Shown here piece by piece: positions 52,621 through 64,000 of a stretch of DNA of 64,000 nt. Both the position numbers and the translations under genes were made by a program. The notes under the pieces are model-generated. The model worked only from the letters and a program-made list of their open reading frames with translations. It did not search any database and was not told the DNA's origin. Source of the stretch: Octopus sinensis (Eukaryota); contig NC_043002.1 of assembly GCF_006345805.1 (NCBI RefSeq), positions 103,168,001-103,232,000 on the forward strand. The letters run 5' to 3'. Position 1 is the stretch's first letter, and every line of letters begins with the position of its first letter.

Positions 52621-55600
52621 TTAATATGTCAAATTAAAGTGTCATAAAATTATGAATCACTTTGCAACTGTTTTGGTTGTGTATTAAATTGATATGTGTG
52701 TGTGTGTATGTGTGTGTGTGGTGTGTGTGTGTGTGTGTGTATATGTGTGTTTGTGTGTTTGTGTATGTGTGTGTTGTAAGTCAACACTGAATTAAGTGCC
52801 TCAAAATAGCAGCAAAAATGAAAGGATGTCAGATATATACGAGAAGAGTTCAAAGTGGCTATAGATTAATGGAGATGAAATTAAGGTCTGCAATCTGCCA
52901 AACAATGAACAGTCATAGGAAAAGCTAGATTGAAATGGAACCAAATTGCAAGTTCTTTCAGTTGTCTTCGTGCCAAACTGTACCCAATTCAGTTTATGGA
53001 TAAACGACCACCTTTAGATAAACGGTACATTCCCGGGACCCACGTGTAAATTGATGTTGGAAAATATCATGAGACCAACTTAGAATTATAATTCAGGTGA
53101 GCCCGGTTCCCTTAGACTGTCAAAGATTAACTGGTCTTGACGAGAATTCTCCTGTAAAAAAACTTCTCCGCTCGCCCCACAGCGAATTCCATTTACTGTT
53201 CGCGTCATATTCATTCATGAGATTATTTATAATCGGCATATCCCCCAGTAGATTATTCTACTTACGTCTACTTATTCTACTTGCAAATCTTAATTTATTG
53301 AAAATAGTATGCTCTCTCTTTAGAGTGATCATTATCCTCTCATTAAGTCTAATTACTCGTCTGCTTATTAAAGTTGTAAATTCGCATGAATTATCCTTTT
53401 TAGTTCACTCATGACGTTAGCCAGCATTTAAACCTACCATCCTGTACTCCCTATTGCGATGAATTACGAAATTTTAATTAGAGGTTTATGACGAGGGTTA
53501 ACACCAATAAGCTGAATAATTATAAATTAACCACTATGAGTTGATATCAATGATGGGGCGGAATATTGCTACAAAATGTTGGACAAAAGAAGAGGAGATG
53601 AAACGGGGCTGTGCATCCCCAAATTTATACTCTCAATATATATTAGAAGTATCAAGGATCAACTGTAAAATGGGTTAGTTTGTTATGTGATTTGTGGAAT
53701 AAACAAATAAACAATGAATATTGTCTTGTTTTAGAGTTGTTGGATGCTGAGATACCACTAATATATATTGAGAGTATATAATGATATTTGAGCCAAATAT
53801 GTATCCCTTGATACTTACACGTCTATGTGGTAATAACATAGTTGCACCTCCATAGAAATAGCAATAAAACATCCTTCAAATCACAGCCTGTGCTCTTGAA
53901 TAAGCGATCCGTTTGTATTGTGAGTATATGTAACCTAAAAAGGAAAACGATGGTTCAAGCTCAGATATTTCTGACTGGGTGCCTGGTGGATCAAAGCTAA
54001 ACTTAGCTTAGTATATAACTGCAAAAACGGCCTGGGTAATCAGAGCATTTCTACACATGTTCATGTACACAATTATCAACAAATTGCTGTTTTCTAAAGA
54101 TAACGATATTCTAATAACTGGAAGAACGGCAAAGACGGTCAAACTGATATAGAATTGGCTTGCACGCTATCTTAGAGGGGGGGGATATATTAGGATTCAA
54201 GTGATATTTCTCTACTTTATTTCACATGTGAGAACTTTACTCATTTCGGCAGAGGATCATAATTAGTGAAATATCAACCTAAGAGTACCAGGTAAAGATA
54301 ATCTTATAACATTTATGTATGGCCTTCACAATAACATCCTGTCCGCTATGGGTGGATTGGTAACTTATTTCTCGGATTAACACCAGTATCTCATGTTTGG
54401 GTGATTCAAAAGTATCGATATGTTGCAGACCCTCGCAGATGTAATCCAATAAATTGATATTGTAAGGTAATGCTTCATGATGTAGCAAACATGTTCGTCT
54501 TATATTTTTCACCCGTAAATGATATAGACCTTACCATTTTTCTGTTATTGTATCATTGGAAGTAATGTAAATTACCTGGCCATAATGCAGTGCCATTTTT
54601 CTAAGTCACGAGATTGGGTGTAGGACTCTAACGGGAAAGGTTATCTCGCTGGGTCGGTTGGAAGTAGAATCATCCAATTTCTGTCGGGATGTGAACGCAT
54701 TTGCAATGGTCCTGAATCGATATTACCACAGAAATCTACAATTATCAACAACGACCGGCTCCTAACCAATTGTAAACGATCAATCAACTAAGCTAAATTA
54801 TTCGGAACCATTTTAACGATAAAAACAAATCATTAAACATTGTGATCGCCACTCTTTTACAACGTGATTCGTTCTATAATAATTAATTTCCAGTTGATTT
54901 GTGTCAAATTGGAAAACTTCAGTATTTAGCCCAAGGGAACCATTAAATTTCACATAGAGGCTACGAAATACCAATGTATCGGAATCTAAACCGAAATGTG
55001 ATTTGTATAGGTATTCATACACACTCGTATAAATACACAAAAAGAAAGATAGAATAGACTTGTAAAAGAAAGTATGTTAGGCTAAAGTGAAACTTGTAAT
55101 ACAACTCTAAATAAAGACATCTTAAACCTTAGGAATGTAATGAGAGAAAAGTAATGGCGAAACATAGCAGATTGACCGCTTAATATCCAATGTGTTAAAA
55201 TTGGGAAAGCTTTCATTGAGCGGAAATCAATCTGCCCTAAACGGAAATTGATGTTTCTGAAATTGGGCTATTACTTTCTTAACTCTAGCAGCAATTGGAT
55301 ACATTCAATGTTATGTTTAAGTTTGTTGGTAAAACACAAAGACCTGGACGCACATATATACACACATAATGCAGATACAGATACGCCGTACACACATAAC
55401 CACTAACGCGTTTGCAAATACATAACATACACCATTTTACATATACTACAGTGGAGAGAAATATACATACTCCTACATACACATGAATCTGTGTTTAATT
55501 GCCTGTATATACATATACATACACTCACACACATATACAGATACGAACATATACATTATATTATTTTCTCACCACACTCGAATCTACGTACGTGTGTGCA

Positions 55601-56729
55601 TATATGTATATTACACAAACGCTCACACTTTATATTTATGTATAGTATATATCGTATGATACCTTAAAGCCTCTTATCTTTAAGAGGCGCACATAAACAC
55701 ACGCATACTCAGAGAAATGCGCACGCATACGATGCATACATATAATGTTCTTTCTAGAAAGACTTTTGCTAAAAGATGAGATAGGCAAAGTTGTGATGTT
55801 GTGATTTACAGTATCACCGCCAAAATCCTGCCCTAAACAACTGATCGAACAACAGACGCAATAACAAAAGCAACAGCAGTACTACGACTTCGTTTATAAT
55901 CCTGAATGTGACTTTATTGGTTTCAAATTTTGTTACAGGGCCAAGCGTTGCGATTATATCAATCGTCTGTTCGCTTCACAACTTCTTTCCGAGTAAATGC
56001 GTGTTTTTCAATGGTATCTTTTTGGAGGTGTGTATCTCCAATTGGTGGACGCCTTAATTTATATTTCTATTCATACATTCTTCGTAATGTTAACAATTAT
56101 CTTGTTGTTGTTATGCATCATGTTGTTTTTGGTCATTGCTTTTGTATTTTAAATTCAACAGTTGATTTCAGTCAAATGCCTGTTCTTCTTTAGCCATTTG
56201 GCAAACCTTCCCTAACAGGTACTCGAATCAAGTCTTTCTTTCTTTATATTCCTGAAATTGTGCATTTGACCAATCATGACTAACAAGTGCCACGAGTTTT
56301 CATGAAAGTTGTGTGGCTTCTGCGCGCCAATTTGCACAATATTTCTTGAAGAGGGCATTACGAATTGCATGCCGGAATTTCAAAAACCGCTTCGACATTT
56401 GGCGCAGTGATTATATTATTGAGCTTTTCTATACTTGTTAGGTTGTCTTGTCCAAGTATCAGGATACATTTTACCTAAGTATCGATAAATAATTACACCT
56501 CACCAAACAACAAGCAAAGCATGTCGTATAAAGCAAATTCTACAGACAAAGGATAGATGACACTGGACGCATTGCAGAGTGTGGTTATGGCAGTTTGTGA
56601 AACATGTTCTTCGCTAATCTAAAAATATTAATCTGTAAATTGTTATTAACTTCAATATAGGGCATAGAACTAGGTGAACTCACGTCGAACTACCATTTGA
56701 TTGCCAGCTGAAAGGGAAAATATTTTGTT

Positions 56730-56965
56730 AGGCGGCGAGCTGGCAGAATCGTTAGCACGACAAACGAAATGCTTTGCCGTATTTCATCTGCCGTTGCGTT
56801 CTGAGTTCAAATTCCGCCGAGGCCGACTTTGCTTTTCATCATTTCGAGGTCGATTAAATAAGTACCAGTTACGCACTGGGGTCGATATAACTAATTCAAT
56901 TCCTTCGTGTGTCCTTGTTTGTTCCCCCCTATGTTTAGCCCCTCTGTGGGCAATAAAGAAATAAA
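56730..56965 (+). mobile_element. SINE family B, monomer
   Basis: Head 'ggcggcgagctggcagaatcgttagcac' plus one unit. Confidence 0.9.
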
Positions 56966-57700
56966 TATTGTTTGCGTGGTTTATCAATTCGGCCCTGATC
57001 GAGCAAATCTGTGAATGAAAAAAGGATAAAATTATCTCAATTATGATCAACATAGATTTAGTTGCTTTTATTCAGGGCACTACAATATGCAATGAGTCGA
57101 TCTAACTTATTTTAAGATAGTTGCGTATAATATGAAAATAAGGTGGATATAAATTCTTTCAGGTGGATCAATCAATTAGAGGATGCCTGAATGGCTTCAA
57201 ATATTTCTTCTTATTACCACTGCTGAAACTTACTCAATACAACCAATCCCTCAATGCCAAATTCCAACAAATTTAAACGACTTAGTTAAGTGTCTGTACA
57301 TAGATAACAATATATATTATCCCCGTATATAACCCAGGGCTAGATGTAAAGTCCTACGAAATTAATTGCGCTTGAATGCTTTGTTTCTTAGTTGAAACTA
57401 ATTTACCTCATTTTTAACGTTTTTCAATTACATCATCCAACTATCTGCTGATTTCTGTCGCTTATGGCTTGTGAATATCATAAATTGTACTTGTATTGCT
57501 GCACAAATTTTATGTATGAAGATCATTTCGTTTCTACCTACGTTAAGTACCCCAAGGAAAGTGTGAGTAAGCAATCACTCGATCTGCGAGAAATGGAGAC
57601 GAAGTACACGGCCTGAATAAAGACAGGATACGCATGACTTGAATGTTTTTTTCTCAAAGATTTTCTCGATTACGGCTATCGCAAAATTAAATAACTATTA

Positions 57701-58028
<328 letters not shown>

Positions 58029-59419
58029 TTTCAGAATTGTACCAGTTATGAAATACCATCACCAAAGGCAGTTAAAAACATTTCGTTTCAGTAATATATC
58101 CTCCCACACCACTAAATTATAATCATGTCTGGAACTGTTCAACTGACCGATTTATAGAATTCATTTCATAATAATTAACAGACAAAGAAAAATGTAATCA
58201 AAGCATTTGATGGGAACATATCACTTAACGAATAACCGGAAATTAAGTTAGACATTTCTAAGATATACATCCGGTGAAGACAAAAATAATAATATTACGT
58301 TTGATTCCAGTTAAAAAAATGTATATCCCACTGATCTAGAAATTTTAAAATGTAGCTGCATTTCTCTTCAGTTGCTGCACAATTCCTTTGATAGTGTGGA
58401 ACGTTGACTACACACAAAACGCTGTGTGACCTGATTTCTGTCTGTGGGAAGCAACGGTTATTTCCTGTTTGCTTACCACTTGAATATCTGAAAAATGGTT
58501 AATATTTCTGTCAATGTTTCCTTGTGCTACATTTATCCAAACTCGAAAGAATCCCTCTCAACACATGGTAATGATACCTCCCACACCACTTCTGCTCATG
58601 ATCAGAGATGTACATACTGTCAGACACCGAATGACACGCTCAACTGGTTAAGATCAAGCAAGTGACATGCAATTATGTAGTATTGAATAGAATATTTGAT
58701 ATAACGATATTTCTGCTTCAGCAACTCAGTGCAGAATGTAATGGACAATAGGTCGTTTTCAATAATCAATGTGCAGATCACAAAAGCAAAGTTTGAAGGG
58801 AATATTAAACATTTCCTTCGAAATTTAGATAGAGAAACTGAGGAAGAATCCCTTACTGACAAAATACAAACATCAATAAAAATTTTGTTACACAGGTTAA
58901 TCGTACAGCGACAATTGTACTCCGGGGTCATCCAACCTCTTTGAACTGACAGAAATGAATTTTCCTTAAACGTCAACATATAGTGTTGGAAACGAAAAGC
59001 GTTTGATCATATATCCTTCTGTATACGATACGCAATACCCAAGAAATATTAGTAATGACTTGAATGAATTTAATGAAAGATTTGCTCGATATGGGACAAC
59101 GTTACCCTAAGTACTATCCTCATAAAAGAGTACCATACCAAACGATTTGCATCCTGAAGACTATTTAGAATTTTAACCAACTATTAGTAAATTAGGTTAA
59201 ATGCAGTAAAGTATTTTACTGTTGTGAATAAGTACAGGGTGCAATAAGAACATATTTTTGACGAAAATTACAATAGAATCACAACTGGAATTATTCGGAT
59301 CGTCGATGTAATCGAACAGGAAAGATGTGGCGGCAATTACTACAATCACACACGAAAAATAACAACGACTCATCATTATTTACTCGTTACTTTAACTGTC
59401 AGAATCGCCATGAATATTA

Positions 59420-59828
59420 CTCTTTACTCTTTTCTCTTTTACTTGTTTCAGTCATTTGACCGCGGCCATGCTGGAGCACCGCCTTTAATCGAGCAACTCG
59501 ACCCCGGGACTTATTCTTTTGTAAACCCAGTACTTATTCTATCGGTCTCTTTTGCCGAACCGCTAAGTAACGGGGACAGAAACACACCAGCATCGGTTGT
59601 CAAGCAATGCTAGGGGGACAAACACAGACACACAAACACACACGCATATATATATACGTATATACGACGGGATTCTTTCAGTTTCCGTCTACGAAATCCA
59701 CTCACATGGCTTTGGTTGGCCCGAGGCTATAGTAGAAGACACTTGCCCTAGGTGCCACGCAGTGGGACTGAACCTGGAACCATGTGGTTGGTAAACAAGC
59801 TACTTACCACACAGCCACTCCTACGCCT
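59420..59828 (-). mobile_element. SINE family A, full length
   Basis: As above. Confidence 0.93.
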
Positions 59829-61149
59829 AATTTGCTCTTTTGATATAAATAATTATGGAGACTAATGTTTCTCGTTTATGATACAATATAAACCAACCCA
59901 CGATCTCACAGCACGTTTTATGCAATTAAATCTAGATTCGCGACGATTCTAGGTTTCAAAGACTAACTGAATGGGTTCGAAAGAATAACTCTAGCGAAAT
60001 GCAATATGGACATTGTAAACACTATAGTGTGTCGGATATGAAAATTTACTTTGGTCCCCATGTGATTCATTTTTACTTTATTTCGTTTGAGATTAGTTTG
60101 ACTTTCGATAAAAATGCACAATGACCGTTTGCATACGTTCTATACAGAGACACATCTTCAATAACGAACCAAAACATCAACATAAATATTTCCTCAATAA
60201 GAAGTGTTAGTTTGCATATTTGAAGGTGCATCGTTGATGTTTTCCATTTTGAAAATTGATTTAAATGCCTATACAAAGATACAAAGCAAGAAACTACAAT
60301 AGATTGAAACTGAAAGCTAAAATCTCAATAATGTGTGAAAAAATTAAATAAAAAATAACAAAACATTTAAAAGATTTTGCTTCTGTGAATAGAAAATCTC
60401 ATTAAAATCCGATAAACCCTTGAAGATATATTCTGTCTTAAGCATAAGTAATGTTTTCAAGATTGGCTTCGAAAGTATATCTCTTTCAATATGATAATTT
60501 ATACATCTTACACACGTAATGTCATATAATGTCTAAATAATCTTCACAAGAAGATAAAGGTGACTGTATCCGTCCTGTTTGTGATAGTATATAATTTAAA
60601 GGACTGCGACCAGTATGTAGCCAAAACATTTTCTTCTCTTGTTTATTTGCATTGCCAGTGACTGATAAGTTTTCTATGATAAATCTGGTTGAGATAATGG
60701 AGGATTAAAGTTTGAAAGCTTATCTATTGATTATTCTCAATATTTTTCCACTCCTGACTGATTTGTTTTAACTAAATGCTTTTACTTGTTTGAACAACAG
60801 TTTGACATCCACGTGAACGTTTGTTTATCGACGTCTGCCTTCGGAAGGAATTTTTCGGATGCAAAAACTCTAGGATGTGACTAATGCGTTAAATATAAAT
60901 ATATTTGGAAAAACAATGTAATACACATATTAACCTTCCATAAAATATCGTCAATATTTGTGTCGCTGACGTACGAAAAATATGGGAAATTTCTAGAAAA
61001 GAGTACAAAATACATTTTATGAAAGTGTGTTATTTATAGATTTATTTATTTATTTACTTATTTACTCACTGTTAGCAACATCACAATAAAAATGAATCCT
61101 ACACACTTTATAGATACACACACACATACATACAGACACACACACACAC

Positions 61150-61202
<53 letters not shown>

Positions 61203-62361
61203 GTGTCTGTGTTTGCACGTTTGTGTGCGCACACAGGCGTGCGCGGTCGTGTGTCTATGTGTGCCTCTGTTATTTTCTGTATGTATGTGTATGTGTGTCA
61301 GTGTGTGTGTATGTGTGTATGTGTGTGTGTGTAAGGTAAATAATATGTCTTTTCTTTTTAATTTATAAGCGGACATTTTACACATATGTTTATTTATCAA
61401 TAAATCCTTTTACAGCTTGTTTTACGAAGAGTTTTAAATTGAAAATCATCAAAAGCATTTCTCCTTCTTGGATTTCTTAATTCTAACAAGAACAACATGA
61501 AAAACCGTATCAATAATAAAAACATAATTAATAATAATAACAACAACAACAACAACGGCAATAACACCAATAAAAATATGAATAATAATAATGGAATTTC
61601 GTATCAAAGGAATTATTTAAAACATTATCTAAAACAACTATTGATTCACATTTTTTATTTTTAAATTCATTTTCAGTAGAATCTAATACCAGATGTGAAG
61701 TAGATTTGGTTTTAAGACTTTCAATCTGTTATCGAAAAGTAAATGGAAACAGACGACCGAATATAAGGAAAAGAAAAGAAAGAAAAAGAAGATCAATATT
61801 AAAAATACAAATATGGAATCTACTGATAAAGGAATTGCGGGATGAAAGCTTTTAACTTGACTATAGAGAAATACATATTAATGGGTAAAGATCTCTGTGG
61901 AATAAGGGATAAAAACCAATTGTGAAGACAATCTTTATAAATCCATGTACAGTACTGTAAAATATTTTTAATATGACCTAATTGGGAGCACATACACAAA
62001 CAATACAAACAGATATTGAATTACTAAAATGTTTCGTTAGTCATTAGGGATTAGAATGTCTTTTTGTTTTCCAATTATAAAATATATTTTCAACTTTAAA
62101 ATCAAAGCTTATTCAAAATTGCGCAGAGGTTTATTTATAGGAAATGTTACTATAGTATGGCACTATTTACGACGCCAAGATGTGCCTGTCGGAATGACCA
62201 ATCTCGTAGAAGAGAACGAAAATTAAGGTAGTTAATAGGTAAATAATGAAGTACATTATTTATTGCTATTTAATGTAAATGGGATAATTATGGACGCCAC
62301 ATCATTGAATGATGAAGAAGCCCGATTCGCAGTTCTCTAATGACTGATTCGATACTCTTGT

Positions 62362-62747
62362 GGATGAAAGCACTCCGTCGGTTACGACGACGAGGGTTCC
62401 GGTTGATCTGATCAACGGAACAGCCTGCTCGTGAAATTAACGTGAAAGTGGCTGAGCATTTCACAGACACGTGTACCCTTAACGTAGTTCTCGGGGATAT
62501 TCAGCGTGACACAGAGAGTGACAAGGCCGGCCCTTTTGAAATACAGGTACAACAGAAACAGGAAATAAGAGTGAGAGAAAGGTGTGGTGAAAGAGTACAG
62601 CAGGGATCACCACCATCCCCTGCCGGAGCCTCGTGGAGCTTTAGGTGTTTTCGCTCAATAAACACTCACAACGCCCGGTCTGGAAATCGAAACCGCGATC
62701 CTACGACCGCGAGTCCGCTGCCCTAACCACTGGGCCATTGCGCCTCC
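62362..62747 (-). mobile_element. SINE family C, full length with 12-bp TSD
   Basis: TSD cgatactcttgt at 62350-61 and 62748-59. Confidence 0.95.
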
Positions 62748-63110
62748 CGATACTCTTGTAAGACATCTTAGTAAAGTTACTTTTCCATTCACTGGGTTAA
62801 TTCAGCTCGTCAGCGAAAGTAGGATGACAGAAATTGTGTAGAAAATTACTTGGTGTCGAATATCTGTAATAGCTCAACCGATGCAATAATTATAGCTAAC
62901 ACTTTTGCGAACTGATTTGGTATCCTTTCGTTCGACGTTGGTGATTAGGTACTTGAATTGTTTTGAACACTTATCTCTATTCCACGTACGGCATTATTTA
63001 CATCTTCTCTATTATATACAATCTACAGAAAATAAATTGAAAAGGGTAAAAATCAATTTATGATAAAACACGGAAATCAAGTAACTCCACAACGTCCAGA
63101 ATCTGGATAC

Positions 63111-63281
63111 TGTCCCTATATATTTACGAAGGGGAGACAAATACCCCCAGCAGCCAGGCCTGCATCTAGAGACACGCTACTCTGGACCGATGATGGACAA
63201 AGATCCTGAAACATGCGTGTCTCTAGATGCAGGCCTGGCTGCTGGGGGTATTTGTCTCCCCTTCGTAAATATATAAGGACA
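63111..63281. repeat. young fold-back: 67-bp arms (1 mismatch), 37-nt loop
   Basis: Arms 63111-63177 and 63215-63281. Confidence 0.95.
63181..63227 (+). ncRNA. compact type I hammerhead motif with core variant CCGATGA
   Basis: Stem I TCTGGA/TCTAGA; CCGATGA (U4C); stem II tGGA/TCCt with a mismatched first pair; GAAA (63208-11); CATGCGTG; GTC (63219-21). Confidence 0.55.
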
Positions 63282-64000
63282 CAGGGAAAAAATGTGTCGA
63301 AGCCATCAGGAAGCGTCGCTGCTTCCTAGGGATAAACAGCGGTGGTGTATTCCCCTACTGTCACGTTAAATTGACAGTATACAACCATTCCACATATATA
63401 TATATATGTATGTAAATGGAGGGAAAAGCGGGGTGTTTTTGATAAAGTGGGGGGATATACGTATATGCATGAAAAAGAAAGTAAAGAGGAGTGGAGAAGA
63501 ACTGTGAGGGTTACTATACCTTTTGTCAATAGAGCAATGTATATAGTGTGTGATCAGCATCCTTACAATAGAAGTGGTGGTGGTGTGTGTTGGCGTATGT
63601 GCATGTAAGTTAACAATAGGAGGGCGTAGGAGGGGGAGGCAGTTGAAATATAAAGTAAAATGTTTCGAGTTGTGAGGGAAAATAAGGAGAGAACCGTGTA
63701 ATTGACAATAAAGTAATTAAAAAGCAGAAATATTGTTAGTTTAATATATAGTAGCAGAGAGTGTAGATAAGGGGAAATTTATAAAATTTAAGGAGAAAAG
63801 GGCGAGGTGGGGGTTGTAATTATTTATATTTTGAGAATAGATTTAGTGTCCGATGTTTGCAGGTGAATATTATACTGTTGCGTTCATTCAGGCAGTCCGT
63901 GGATGGTGATATCACACTTGTTATAGCTGCTGGGTGATTATGGACCACCATTTAGTGAGAAATGAGTGTAATGTTAGTTATTATTGCTAGCATTCAGATT
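63282..64000 (-). mobile_element. 3' end of a probable Penelope-like element (GIY-YIG region C-terminus plus tail), decayed, runs off the window
   Basis: The minus frame ending at 63820 reads ...PSTDCLNERNSIIFTCKHRTLNLFSKYK*, and other frames give WSIIT and SYNKCD. These resemble the PLE WSI..PY..CxLC..LNKRxELxxxCRH terminus. Confidence 0.55.

Noticed and set aside
58722-58979. Overlapping ORFs 58729-58944 (+) and 58620-58979 (-)
   Set aside because: No recognisable domain and only a weak donor, so they cannot be supported as exons.

Overview
AT-rich eukaryotic DNA, very probably from an octopus (Octopus sp.). I infer this from SINE families I recognise and from the very high density of (TA)n, (CA)n, (GATA)n, (TTC)n and (TTA)n microsatellites; the species cannot be determined. 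I find no well-supported protein-coding gene, rRNA, tRNA or CRISPR array. Nearly all ORFs in the supplied track are translations of microsatellites or SINEs. The window looks intergenic or intronic and holds about 21 SINE insertions from four families, including multimeric arrays. It also holds decayed LINE fragments (RTE and other clades), two mariner relics, a TIR element nested in a SINE, and the 3' end of a probable Penelope-like element. The strongest unexplained structure is a set of seven near-canonical type I hammerhead ribozyme motifs at five sites. One fully canonical motif (4944-5038) lies in a 477-bp unit with a 38-bp terminal redundancy embedded in (TA)n, resembling a retrozyme or Penelope pseudo-LTR. 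The other six sit in fold-back inverted repeats, including a 380-bp spacerless palindrome. All ribozyme calls come from manual base-pairing and are untested. A few splice-signal-bounded open frames are listed only as weak exon candidates.
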